A stretch of 64,000 nucleotides of DNA from Auanema rhodensis (taxonomy: Eukaryota > Animalia > Nematoda): NCBI GenBank assembly GCA_964057225.1, contig OZ059894.1:8742001-8806000 (forward strand), read 5' to 3'. Of the stretch, positions 20,389-34,442 are shown one piece after another (positions within the stretch are counted from its first letter, which is position 1; each line of letters begins with the position of its first letter). Under the pieces are notes generated by a model, which made no database searches, was not told the DNA's origin, and saw only the letters and a list, made by a program, of their open reading frames with translations. The position numbers were made by a program, and so were the translations under genes.

Positions 20389-23300
20389 TTAGAAATTTGT
20401 ATTCTTTAATTCAAATAGTTTGTTAGCAGCTCTGCTAGGAGTATAGTCATTTACATTAGACTCACCCATAGAAGAACTGAAAATAGAAAGATAATTTAGC
20501 AACTATATAAAGCATGTAATCACCTACCGAAAACCATTCTGAATTTTTTCAATTGAGCGTTCGGATACCTGATTCATAAGGTCATGGATTAATCGTTTTT
20601 GTTCATTTGGTATTGTTGATGTTTCAACCTGAGATTTTAAGTTAAACACGTTTTAACAAATAAGAAGAACATACCATTTTCCGAGCACAAATCAACTTAT
20701 CCACATGGATCTGGAATTGATCGCAACATTCTTCTACATGTTTTACTAATTCTGAAAAGTTCTTAATCAATCTGGAGAACATGGATGTACTATATCTTAC
20801 GTTGGCTATCTGGACCTTCGCCAAATCTTACGGTAGCATCACTGGTATTGCTGTCACTTTCTTCAGATGTTTGTGGTCGATTACGACGTGGATGATATCT
20901 TTCCACTCTCTTCTGTACAGCTCCACGCTTTCTCAGCTTTTCAGGGCTAGGTGTGTTCACATCTTCATACAAGCTATCATTCGTAAGATCAGGATTACTA
21001 TAAACTAACAATTAATAAAACGCAAATTCTGTTTCTCGTTACCTAGCCTTTTTCATTTTAGATATGGTATTCTGGAGACGAGCCGACAATGCATCACCAT
21101 AATTGGTAACATCGTTAACATTTCCCATGCTTCTAGCTAATATTCTTGAATTCATTAATCCCCTCAAAGGTGTCGTCTGCTGATCAGGGTTGAAAGATCC
21201 AGCCATTTCTAGCTGAGCCCCTCTGAAGTTGCTCATTGATCTTATGCGTCCTTCTCCACTCGAACTTTCTTGTGGAGAATTAGCACCAGAAGCTAATAAG
21301 AGATTGTCCGTTGATTTGCGCAAGTTTTCGCTTGATTGGTACATCCTGCAAAAAGGAATTGCACGAAAAAAATTTCTTTGAACATACTTGTTTCGAAGGG
21401 CAGATACTTTGTTCAAGGCATCGGTGCTTTTACGTGTTTCACTGTCACGAAGATTACTTCTGGAACTGGCTGGAGTCATGCGAGATGACATAGCAGTATA
21501 AGACATATCAGAATCCTAAAACAATTTATGATAGAAAAGAAATCGGGTGAAGATAAAGCTTACTCTTCTGGATTTTGCGATTTCACGACTGGCGGGAGTC
21601 ATAGCTTGATTCAGTTTGAATCGGTTTGGACTCTGACTTCGGCTTCTCAAATGCAGCTGAGAAGTTGAGTAGTCTTCAGCTAAAAAAAGGATACAATGTT
21701 TAAGATATAAAAATATTGCTATGCTAAGAAACACTAGATTTGATACCCAGGTTGACTAAACACGATGAAAGCAATCCAAAAATAAAAGAAGAAAAAGGGT
21801 TAGACGAAACTGTTATAAAGAGGTAACTCATTCCAAAGAATCATAATTGAAAGAAAATAAATAAACTAAGGAAGAAACTTATTTCTAATCTAGTATTAAA
21901 CCCAAACTGAAGAAAAAGCTATACTATATAGGATATCATAAAGGGGTTGGGGAGTATTATCACTAATTTTCTAAAAAAAATTGAAACTGAAAAGAGAAAG
22001 ACAGCAAAACCACGCAATTATTGGGAAGCAATTCAAGCAATGTTAAGCACCTGTTCTATTTTTCATAGACGGTTTAGATGGTCCAAAATCTGCAGAACAT
22101 ATAACAACCGTTCGACTACGCAAAGCGCGGCTGTGAGAAGCAGCCTTAGTGGGCTCTTTCCGTATTCCTGCTCGCAATGGATATAGTTCAGATTCTAAAT
22201 GTTAGCGTTTGCTTCAATAATTGAGTTATCGGACTGATTTCAAGTTAAGAAAGCGTTATGAATTGAGCTTGCAACTTCACAGAGATTAGTGATGTAAACT
22301 GAGAACAAAAAAATGACATTGTAAAGCAGTTGAGATTATCTGAATGCTTGCGACACATTGATGGAGTGAGAATTAGGAAACAGACACTACGGTTGTACAG
22401 ATGAACTTACGTCGCCTAGTAATAGCACTAGCTGCTCCTCCACTTGGAGATGTTTGGGCTTGTAAACTGGACATAGTTCTTTTGGGTGTCATGGTAGTCG
22501 ACGTCCACAAAGATTTCGACTAAAACAAGTAAAAATGAACAATAGAACAATTGAAATAGTACTAAAACTGTTTGATTCTTAGGTTACTAACTTCATTAGC
22601 AGCATTCTCTATGTGTTTTCGAGATAGTGACACACGAAGGTTGTCATGTCTTCCAAATGTATCACTGGCTTTATAAGCAGGGGATTGTAATGAAGATGGT
22701 GCATTCAGAATCGACTTGGAATAGCTGAAGACGTATAAATGAAAAAAAGAAAGTATGTTACAATCACTTACGCTGGAGGATTTATATTAGGTGACCTCAG
22801 CACTTCCGTATTTCTTCGTGTATAAGCTGGTAAGACGCGAGGCTGAGCAGGTGAATCTATGCTAGCACGAACATGACCATATTCCATCATAGGTGGTGAA
22901 ACATCTGAAAAGAAATTATACATAATTAAACAAAACATAAGAATAAGCTATGCCAGACTTACGTTCAGGTGATTTGTAGGCAGATAGATTGTTATTGTTT
23001 TCTGAATAGCCCTGACCATATTCTATAAAAGTTCATTTTTAATAAAAAAAAACAACAAAAAAAGTTGAATTATGAATGACTCAACGATGCGAATATACTA
23101 TACAATTTGCTTCAGAAAATAAAAAAAAAACGGAAGTATGAAGCGAAACTATAATTTGTTTTGTAAAAAACGATAAACTGTCAAGTTATTGATGATTCAG
23201 CAAAAAAAAAATTGAGAAGAACATTTTTAGAATTTCAAAGATAAACAACAACGGAATGAATATATCAAAAATTCTTTTCTGTTTTACCAAAAAAAATTTG

Positions 23301-24405
23301 TTTGAATTGCCTATTATTCTAAATGTTCGATATTCACACATAAGAACTACGCTATACACTTAAGTTGAAACGAAAAAAAAACAAAATGTAAATAGAAGGA
23401 ATAGAAGATGGAACTTACTTGGATCGTATGTTGCACCTGCTCCCCATGATGGGCGGATTTTGCGTTGAACTTGACGGTTTACCACGCTTGGTGACAAAGA
23501 GTCCAAGCCTCCATAACCTCCCTGTAAATGAAAAGGATAAAATAAATTAAAAAATTAAAAGAAATTGAGAAAAAAAATGAAAAATGAAATACATACATCT
23601 CGAAGATTCAACATTGATTTACTGGATTGATATAAAGGTATATTTCGCTGTCGTGAGATGAAATCAGATTGAGTATCGTCAATATCTAAATATAAATACA
23701 AATAAATATTGTATATAGTTATATGTATATAGTAAAATAAATCAATAATAACGTGAAATAAAGGATTAAATTTAATAACGATAAGCCAAAAATGCTGGTT
23801 CTAACTTTATATGAATAAAAGATGCTCTCTGATATAAAAATGAGTATTGGGTCAAGTGGAAGATTAATGTTTTTGAAAAAAATTATATGAAAATCATACC
23901 GTTCGACGATAGATCGTTATTGCTGGCCAACAGATTGTTATTGCTTCTTCGGGTGACCTGAGCTTCTTGTACAGATAATGACAGCAATCTAAATGTACCA
24001 ATTTATATGTAAAAATTATAAAAATAAAAGATAAAAGCGTGGGATAGTAATAGTTAATTGAAATGAATTTATGAATCATCGGCACACGTGTATTGAGATA
24101 AGAAGCTTGATGTTTAGGTTTTGGGTTCTAGTCTTTCGACAGGTAATATGGTTTCAGATTGGCTGACACTATTCTTTCATATATGACTGAGAGCTCACAT
24201 GAGAGGAAAAGGAAGGACAAAAGAGAGATTGCAGACTGTTCAATGTGGTTATGGAGAGAGTGTAAGAGAAAAAAAGAAAAAATCAAAAGTGGCTGATGAG
24301 AGTGCCTGAAAACCAGGAGAGTGATGGGTAATAGCGGATGAGAGTAAATGAGAGACACCATAAGCAGCTGCAAGCAATGCAAGAGATGAAGGTGAGGAGG
24401 AGGAT

Positions 24406-24459
<54 letters not shown>

Positions 24460-27400
24460 TGTGAGATGAAATGTGGTCATTCGAGGGAGAGCTGACCGAA
24501 CATTGAACAAACAGACGAGATATGAAGAAAAGGTGTCTAGGTCGCAGGTCGGCTGGTTGCTTGTTTCATCAACTGCATTAAGAACTAACACTTTACTAAG
24601 CTTCCTCACTTTGTAAGTTTGGCTTATGAAAAAACATGAAGAAAAAGAAAAACAACAAGTAGTTATAAGCAGAATTGTATTTGACAATGGTGTACTTATT
24701 AACAGGAAGGTAAGAATGAAAACAAATGGAACGAAATGTGTAAATACTTTCTATGTTGATGGCTTTGAAATTCAATTATACAAGCTATGAATACGTTTGT
24801 GTGATAAAGTTGAAATTAATAGAAAGCTGTGAAATTTAAAGAAATTATAATGAAGATGTTAAAATAAAGATGAAAGAGCGAGTGTATGTGTGTGTGTGTG
24901 GGAAATACTTGGTGGTGCAATAAGCTGCTAAACTGAAGAGAAAAGGGATAAGAAAGAGACTGAAAAAAGAAAAAAAAGGATAGAAAGATAAAAGATATAT
25001 AGGAAATTAGAAGCTTGTTAACTGATCCTTGCTTGAGACACAAAAAACAGTTGTATAAGTTTTGTGAAATTGCCTTTGTTCTGGCAGTTTATTCTGCAAT
25101 TCATTCTTGCTTGTTCATATGGAAACATTAATGATGCTCACAAAAGTTTCGTTGCTTGCAGCTGATCAAAGTTTGAACGAAATGATTGAAAAAATAATCG
25201 TTTGAAATCAGTTTAATTGAAATCATTTGACTATTTATTGAATGAAAGCAATGTTCAGCTGTAATTTCAAGAGAGTTTCAAGAGGCTGTTTATGAGTGAG
25301 AGAATAAATTGAATTGATTAGGCAATATAATAATAATGAAAGAAAGATCATAACTTTATTGCATTATCTTCTTCTCAGAATATTTCGCAGAACTGTCAAA
25401 TATTATGGGCGAAGCTTCTTCAACCTTTCAGTCGTGAAATTAGGCTAACTATACGCATATAGCTTACTGTCTTCTCAATCGTTCAATCTTATTGTCTTTC
25501 AGTTTCTTATATGCAAACGAAAATTGCCAAATATGGGAAAGAACAGTTGATAAGACGAGACGGAAAGTCTCATTGAGTAGTGTGTCGCCATATACGTTTA
25601 CCCTGCCTCAATAATAAATATGCATCTTCACAAGACAAGAAGAAATAAAACGCTCTGAGAGATGAGAGAGAGAGAGAGATAGAGAGAGATAAAGAGAGAG
25701 AGAGAAAGAGAAAAAGAAATAACCGAGTCGTAAGTCCTATAAAGAGTGTTAATATGCATCATCTTTTACATATTTCTACGTGATATGGTGAATGGACTTG
25801 TTATGTATTCTTCTCGAAAATGAATAAAAATTATTGTTTTCGTCATAGTTATATATGGTTAGATAACATGAGCGATGTTGGAAATACCGCCTGTATATCA
25901 TTTGGCCTCTTTCGTCGCTTTACTTTCAAAGACAGGCGTCAGGTAATCTTCTTTTAGCTCTTTATGGTCTTGACGACCTGAATGTCAAAGAGAAAAAGAA
26001 GATGCAGGAAAATGTGAGGCAGAGCCTTGAAATGACAGCCAGTCAGAAATGACGAAATAAAAATCAAGAAAAGAGTGGCCAAAAACAAGTTAAGCAATTC
26101 TGTTTAAACCATAAAGAAAATATAATAAAGGGCTACAGAAAGAATAAAAACGAGAAAAAAAATGAAAAAAGAACCATGTCTCGAGGGAAAAGGTGAATGA
26201 AGCTGAATATAACGATCTTTCATGACATTGCCGATGCCGATTCAGCTGACCCGAAACCCTCAAAACAAACAGAAATCAGAAAGGGAGGTAGAAGAGGGGT
26301 GGGAGGAAGGGGAGCTAGGTAGATGAACTGATGTGTTCCATATAGCGATGCTACAAACATGGAAGAAGCAAATAAATAAATATATTGTGATTGGAAGTGA
26401 TTATGTGAGTAGAAGATAGGCATAAGAGAGAATTATGATTTTTGATTGATTTGAAATATTTGTTATTTAAAAATAAATAAAAAATTATTGTTGAAAGATA
26501 TGAAAAAAGGTTGAGAACAGTTTTTCAACCAGAAGAAAACAATGTTAGTCAAACAGAAGAGATACACAAATGGGGTTGTGTGTATGTATGTATTTCAAAA
26601 AAAGAAGAAAAAAAATCAAAAGATGATGAAGTGAGGTAACAGATGAAATTGCAGAAAAGGAAAAAAAGAAGTGAAAAATTGAAAATGAATTTATTCTTCT
26701 TTCTCTCATCAAATTTACCGCATCATCATAGTTTTTTTTTTTTCGAAAAAAAAGAAGAAAACAATTAGAACTAAAGGTAGAATAGCGGATTATATGAATG
26801 TATACATGTATATGTATGATTGAACTGTTGAATAGATTGTCAAAACATGTTTGCTATTGTATCCGAGATCATTATGCTTCAATATATAGATGTGAAATAT
26901 AAAAAAAAGTTTGATAGAAGCAGTAACATACAGCATACAGCTTGATGAAAATGCTAGTGATGATGAAGTTGGAGATATGTTGAATTTTCTAATAGACTTG
27001 CAAAATGAAAGAAAGAACGAATGGAAGATGAGTTAGTAAGATTATCCAGATCTACTAGTTTCAACAATTGCGGTCATTATATACAAATGACACATGCTAT
27101 GAACGACGACACAATGAGACAAATGTCAAACTTAGGTATGTACGGATTTCTTCAGATTTCACATAACATCCTAATCGTTCTATTTCTCATAATTGTGTGT
27201 ATCGGGAGTAGAATCCAAAATAGCGCGGACCTTAGCCACAAGGTCAAACAAGGCAAAAGACACAAAGTGCTAGAGAGAATGTTGAAAAATCGTATCCTGA
27301 TGTCAAACATTCCACAAGTGGACGTTCATAAGAACATTTTGGAATATATGAAAGATATACAGATACCATAATCTCGGATAATAAATGAAATAGAAACAAG

Positions 27401-30400
27401 ATATCAAAGTTGGTGAATGAAGAAGAAAAAGATAATAAAACATTACTGAAATGAAGACAAAGGATGCTGAATAGATATCGGAAGAGGAAGAAAATAAAAA
27501 GTAATAAGAGATAACTACGTACTTGGAATTTCCGGATGAGAGCACAATTGCTGGTCCTGGTAGTGAATGATCTAATGAGGATGTACTGCCAAAATCAGAT
27601 AACTTGTCTCCTAATCCCTGCAAATTCGGCTAAAAGGTTAGAGAGAAAGTTTTGTTGAAACTTACCAATGAATGCAATTCTTCACTAAGAGCTTCAGATC
27701 CACTTCCTAGCAAACTATCTGGTGTTGGTGTTCTGAAAATGAAAGATCGATCATAAGAAGAGGAGTGAGACAAGTGAGATAATCTGCATTCTTTATCTCA
27801 AATAGTTGAAAACCATTCAATATTCGCTTAATTCTTTCTTTCTTCATACAAGACAGAAAGAGAAAGATTTTAACATGAATGAGGTTTTGAACGTATTTCA
27901 ACCAGCATATTAGAGAAAGGTGTAAAGCCGTGTGGCAAAATTCAAAGATGACTATCAAGCATGAATATCGAGGTCGGATCCTCTATCCTCTTTGACCAGC
28001 TAGATTATTTAGCAAGATAATATGGCGCAGATATTGCAGCCATATCCGTTTGAAACAAGCCGATTCAGAAATGATTTTTACACATTATTGGTTGAAATAA
28101 AGTGAAAAAGGATTTTAGTCGTACCTTGGGGCCATCTCCAACATACTCCGACGTCCGAGCAAGATTTGATTGACAATTGGAGTAGCCAAACGCCAAGCAT
28201 ACATCGTTCCGTTAGATGATGCAATAATAATTCGTCTTAAACATACTCAAATGATGTTTTAAAAATTGTATACGTTATAATACTTGCAATCCTCAGAGAA
28301 ACAAGCTTTAACAGGTTCTTGTGCTGATGGAGCTAGTGATGCTACAATGCTACCAGATCGCAAATCCAACATATAGCACGATCCATTTGTGCCTGTTACA
28401 ACAGCAAATGTATGCGATGGATCCATTCCAATCTACAAATAATTCAGATATTAATCCAGATATATCTGCTAGGCTCACTGTTATCAGCTGATGTTCGGAA
28501 CGAGTGCGATGGTCAACTGGTACATTGAGCGAAACCATCGATTTTCCAGAAGCGTCATAGCCACATATACTCCAGTCAGTACATCCAGCCAAAATTAGAT
28601 TTCGACTTTGCCAATATGAAAGATCATTTACAGGACTTGAGCAGGAGATGACATGTTCTCGACCAAAATCAATCGAATCCTAAAGAGTAGAAGTAAAATA
28701 TGAAGTTAAAGCTTGGATTGTTTGAGTTTTACCTCATGGAATACAATCATCCAAATCAGTATTCGATCTTGGGAACTACTATACAGCCGATATACTCCAT
28801 TATTCTGTGAAAAAATAAGTTTTTAAGAAGTTTAAAGATATGAAAGATACTTCAGAAAATTTTATGCTTGTCAATGTTGCTTCGTGATCTTCAATAACTC
28901 CACAATGCATATAGTTTTGACTTGTTCTTCTGAAGAGATGTACTAAACGATCTGTACCACCGGAAGCAAATAGCGTCGGAAATCCTGTTGAAACAAAATA
29001 TTTCTTTATATAATTCTAGTTTTTTAATTATAAATTACCACGAAATGATGAATAATCCATGCATTTGATTGCACCATCATGAGCCATTATACTCTCAAGA
29101 AGCGGAATATCAGGCTGCGTGAGATCGAAAACACTGCAAATTAGAGAAATTAGATCCAATGATTTGATCTGCATTTGGATAAAAATATTATTTTAGTACT
29201 TACTGTAGATTTCCAACACTTGTTCCTGCTATTAGATTAGATCCATCTGGAGCGATGGCTAAGCTCAAAGCACCATAATCATCTGATGAAGTTGAAGCTT
29301 TCATCTCATCTGGTAATTTGATTAATTTGATTAAGTTGGATGAAATCAAATTGGAGAAAGTTGATGCATCGCTTAAATGGGTATCAAAGCTCCAGATTCG
29401 TACAGCAAAATCAGATGAAGCTGTGACAATAGCATCAGATGGCAAATAAGGATGTTGATTAGCAAATGACTGAAATGACCAAGTACATTATGACAGTTTT
29501 CTGAAGTGCATATTGAACAAACCAATAAAGCATTAACTTGTGATGAATGCGACAATTGACTTTCTAATTTCTGCCAATGTGATCCATGTGGAACATATGC
29601 ATAGAATGATTTATCTTCGTATATACAAACAACTCCTTCACCATTTGGTAAAATCTGTACAGCAGATACAGGCGTATATCTACAAGAAAATTATATAATT
29701 ATAATAAAACTTGATTATGTAGATACTTGGAATCTGTTGGAATGAGCTCGAGATGCTCTGTCTGTGTATAAGCTGCAGGATCCGCATTGTGTGGAACAGG
29801 CAAAGGTAGCTGATTCACAAAGCTCATATCACTTGCTGAGCAACAATGAATGGATCCGTTAGAGCAACCTAGCTAAACAATTCAAAAAGTTTGATTAGCA
29901 CATGAATTATAGAAATAAGACAAACCAAAATTTGTTCTGCTTTTGAAGCAATTGAAACAGGTTTAATGATTTCAAACATATATGCTTTAGCATACTAAAA
30001 TATTATTAATTATATGTAATATAAATATATAAATTAAAACCTTTTTGTTTGAAAATTCTACAATTTCGCCTTGACTTGTAACAGCAAGTGTTCGATGAGA
30101 ATTAACAACTACACAATCGATGAAAGTTGAGCTTCGTTTGTCAGCCAGAATAGCACTTCGAGACTATAAATGGAATTCAAATATGTTTGTTGTTTGTTTG
30201 TTTGTTTATGAAAAACAGTATAATTACCTGAATTGTTTTACTATCATTATCAGATGGTATTGTCCAATATTTCACATGTCTTGCTCCTGTTGTAACAAAA
30301 AATGTTCCGTCCGGTGATATTGCAAGAGCATGAACCTTAATAACCACAAATGTCAAAGCTTTATATTAAAAATAATTGATACCGTAGCTGATAACTTGGA

Positions 30401-33400
30401 TGATGCTACTAAAGATCCTGTTTTCCAGTTCCATAAAACAACATGAGCATCTTGCTCACAGCCAACTGATACAAGATATAATGATTTTGGAACAAATTTC
30501 TTAATTAAACATCAATAATATTATTAGAAAATGAATTATGCTTGACTTACAACAGCTACTATTTCCGATGAATGATGTTTAAGTTCGTGTAATAAGGTTG
30601 ATTGTAAATTATTTTTATTAAAAATAATTTCATATACACGAACAGCCGGATTTGATCCAATCTAAAAGTAGAATGAAAATGAGTTTATTTTAATTTATCA
30701 CGCAAATTTCACGTGAAACACGTGAAGCACGTGAAATAATGAAAAACAATTAAATAGCATTTTAGTTGTTCATTCAGAAGATAAATGGTTGCTTTCAAGA
30801 AGAAAAAAAGAATATTTTACCTCTCCGCTTGCTACATAACGACCACAAGGTGAGATACTAACACAACTTATTTGATGATTCGGCGATCCTAAGATATAAC
30901 CAACTTTTTTGCCGTTAAAATTTCGAACTACTATCGTAGACCTAAATATAGAAAAAATTATTTTGAAACAACTCTTTTCAATAGATTTCAAGTTTGTTTA
31001 AAATTTATTTTGTTTTCTCTCCCTTGCTTCACCTCTTCTTTTTTTTTCTCGCGTCCTTCTTCGACTTTTCTTTACTACCACTATGTAATCTGGAATTTTC
31101 ATTGAATAGAACTGAGCTTCATGCAACCTTTCCCTGTTATTGTGACCAAAGATGGCTTATTCACAGCTGAGCAGAACCGATTCTTTATTTGCTGTAGACA
31201 GGAGAAGCTCTAGGTGTGTGTATGTATGTGTATATGGGTGTCTCTTTGCTGTGTGTTGACGTCGGTCGTCTGTCATTCTTCCAGCATCTCAGTATAGCCT
31301 CGTTGGAGTTTGGCCGTCAGAAAAGCGACAATGTAAGGTAAACACACTATCTTCTTCATACCATAAATGGAATCAATATCGGAGATACTCCTTCTTATCA
31401 TACAAATATAGATTACAGAAGTTATTGCAGTCTAATAGAATATTAAGAAATAATCAATATTGACAAATATTCTTGAATGAGCTATTGAAGCATAATATTT
31501 CTAGATTGTCGGAAAGACAGACAAAAATTTAGGTGCAGCAATAGAGCGGTATGAATGATCTGCTTCAAGTCTAGATAAGCGAACTGTCCGGTAAATCAAT
31601 CAAGGCAACCGGCCTTCAGGTACCATTGTCTCAAATGATGAAGAGAGATAGACGAAGTAACATTGAGATAAAGGTAGAGCAGAGAGTTTCGCTGATGTGA
31701 TGTGCCAAGAGAAGACACTCAATAATGATTCCAAGTAAGTAATTATTCACAAACTAGTTTCGTAAAAGAAACATTATCTTACTGTATACGTCATTTTCCT
31801 CAATAATGCCATCTACCTTGAATAAGGATCGAAGCCATAGTTCATATGATAGAGAAATACGTAATGTAATAGCTTTATATGAGTCTGAGGAGACTGCTGG
31901 GATCCAAGATCGGTATCTGATACTATTCTCCAACAAATAATAAGCTATAAAAGTCGAAACTTTTAACTCTCTCTCTTTCCCTCTTCTCCCTTCTTTCCCT
32001 CTTCACCCTTCTTTTGCTCTTTCTCTCTCTCTCTATCTCTATCTCTATCTCTCTCTCTATACATACCTAGTATTTTCTTGTATTTTTATGTCAAAAAAAT
32101 AATTAAAAAAAGATATTTACCCAGCGACCGTGACGACAGTATTTGTCTGTTCAGCAACGTGTAATCCATTAGGATTCGTACATGTTGTTCCCAGAACCAG
32201 CTGAAGTTTTGCCTGAAATAAACGATGTAAGAAGCAAATACAAGTGTTTAGAATCTTTGAGAGTTAACTAGTTGAAATATCCTTTTTACTAGATTTAGCT
32301 AAAGCTTTTGTTCTTTTGCCATTATTTTTTTGTTTTTAAAGTAATCGTCATTGAGTTAAGTCTTGTGAGAAGATGCCTACTGTTCGTCTAGATGCTCGAC
32401 TTCTTGTTCTTTTTCTTCTCACATTCATTCGAATTTGGCTCTTTTTGCAGTCAGAGTATGAAGATTGAAATGGCACAGTAATGCTGAACGATATGTCCTC
32501 AGATGCCAACTAACGTTGTCAAATCGCGTTTTAAAAAAATGAAATGACGAAGTAAAGATCGAAGAAAGAGTTGAAAATATTAAAAGCTATTAAGATGAAT
32601 GCAGACAAATTGGATATAAGAGATAATGCTTATTGCTCAGAACCATATGTCAATTTTGCTCTTTAAACTGTCAAATATGTCAACAGAATGAATGATAGAA
32701 CCGATTGTTCGTGACGATGAGCATCATAAGTTCCTTCCTTCCGGAGAAGTCAAGCTAGAAACTATTTCTGATCACATTTCAGATGTTTTTTCGTCAGGAA
32801 AATTGGAGAATAGTTAAATTTAATGATCCCAAAGAGTGCAAAACACATCTGAAGTTCTATGTGCAAGTATTGGAGAAAAAGTCATTTTGTATTTCGGGAA
32901 ATCAATCGTTAAACGAATATCTACATCTTCATTCACCTTAACATACAACAGGCTAAAAATACATTAAGATTGAAGGGTATCTAACATCACAATAAGATAG
33001 AATGCCTTGTTCAATTAGCATAACTGCCACATCACAAACGATTTCCTATCATGGGTATTCTTTTGCATTTGACATTGAGACGTCATCAAAAGAAGCGAAA
33101 TGAAAAGCAAAAAATGCCCCGAACTAAGCTGGTTTTACAGCATAAACACATGCTGTAACTGGTATCGTACTTGTGTGCACGAATTACACGAATATCCGAA
33201 ATGCTTATTTCAAATCTGGCTAAGAAGGGGGGGGGGGTGCTTTCAGCCATTCATATCAGCTTGTCGCATAAGCATTTCGGAATGACACAATCTCAAGAAG
33301 AAGTTAGATTAGCTGTATGGAAATGAGATAAACGACGACAAACGAATAAAACCCGAAACTAAAACAAAACATAAAGCAAAAGATGTCATAATAATATGAA

Positions 33401-34442
33401 TCAATATAGATATTTACTTACATATATATTGATTAATTATATTAATTATATGAAATCATAATAAAAACTTCTTTTTCCCCTGAATATTATGACAATTTTC
33501 AAATATTTGCTTATGAATGTCTCAAATTATTCATTCCATTATGATGAATATAAACACCAAATAGCTCCAATAAATGAAATTGAAGTGACATTTGAAATGG
33601 GAATAAAGAGAAAGAATTTCAGATAAATTTGATAATTATTTAATCTGACTGTAGAAATTGCCCGCAGAATATCACAGCAGGTGATTATTTTCATTTTCCA
33701 TTACTTGAAGTCCCTTCTTCCTTACTCTTTTTCTCTCTCTCTTTCTCTCTCTCTCTATCTTCTATTGCCTTCTGATGATGTCGTATATCGAGTCAGATCT
33801 GTAGGTCATCTTTACCGCCAAAACAATAGGCCTATTACTATTAAACAGAAAATTGAACAACATGTGTCGATTAAAAACAGACAGTTAATAAAGGTAGCAG
33901 ATGAAAGGATGTGAAAGATGATGGAAGACAAGAAGAACAAGAGCGATCTGATGTATAACAAGGAAATCTGGGAGAGAAAGAGAGAGAAAGAGGGAGAAAG
34001 AGAGAATAAAGGTATAGGTTACTCGAAGCGAGAGAAGAAAGTCAGGTTCAGTATCCATAGCGGACTAACCCAAAGAACCTAATAAAGAAATTTGATCGGA
34101 CCCTACGACATACTCATCAGCAGATATCTATTACATTGTGTCTGGCTACTAGCCAGTTAGCGTATGAACTATTGAGAAGTACAAAATGCAAAAATCAATA
34201 TACCATATATAATATTATTTATAATATATGCATAGATATGAATAATTAATTGAGAAAATGTAAAAAAATCTGAAAAGTTCAAATAATGAAGTAAAATGAA
34301 GAGAAGAATAACGAAAGAAATTGAATCAAGTTGTTAATCAAGTTGTTATTAACTAAAACGTACTCGAATACCAATAGACACGATACTTATAGTAAAAATA
34401 TATGCTAACCTGATTAATACTTAGTGTGGATCGTCGAAACAT
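20389..34442 (-). CDS. WDR62/MAPKBP1: WDR62/MAPKBP1-family WD40-repeat scaffold protein with a long Ser/Arg-rich C-terminal region
   Basis: Exons give AKLQLVLGTT...TVAG|STIVV...HQISCVSISPCGRYVASGE|IGSNPAVRVY...ELKHH, VSVGCEQDAHVVLWNWK, FVTTGARHVKYW, SRSAILADKRSSTF, SHSSQVNAL, VTASSDFAVRIW, GNLQ, AHDGAIKCMDY, LFASGGTDRLVHL, LFVDWNGSIAYICC and FSEDCKRIIIASSNGTMYAWRL. The motif order matches MAPKBP1/WDR62. Stop at 20389-20391; first exon MFRRSTLSINQ at 34410-34442. Confidence 0.88.
24409..24459. repeat. (GA)n microsatellite
   Basis: Direct observation. Confidence 0.95.

Noticed and set aside
28238-28290. Apparent GC donor (gcaagt) in the WDR62-like gene
   Set aside because: The frame FSEDCKRIII is satisfied by the adjacent canonical GT donor (tgcaa|gtatta).
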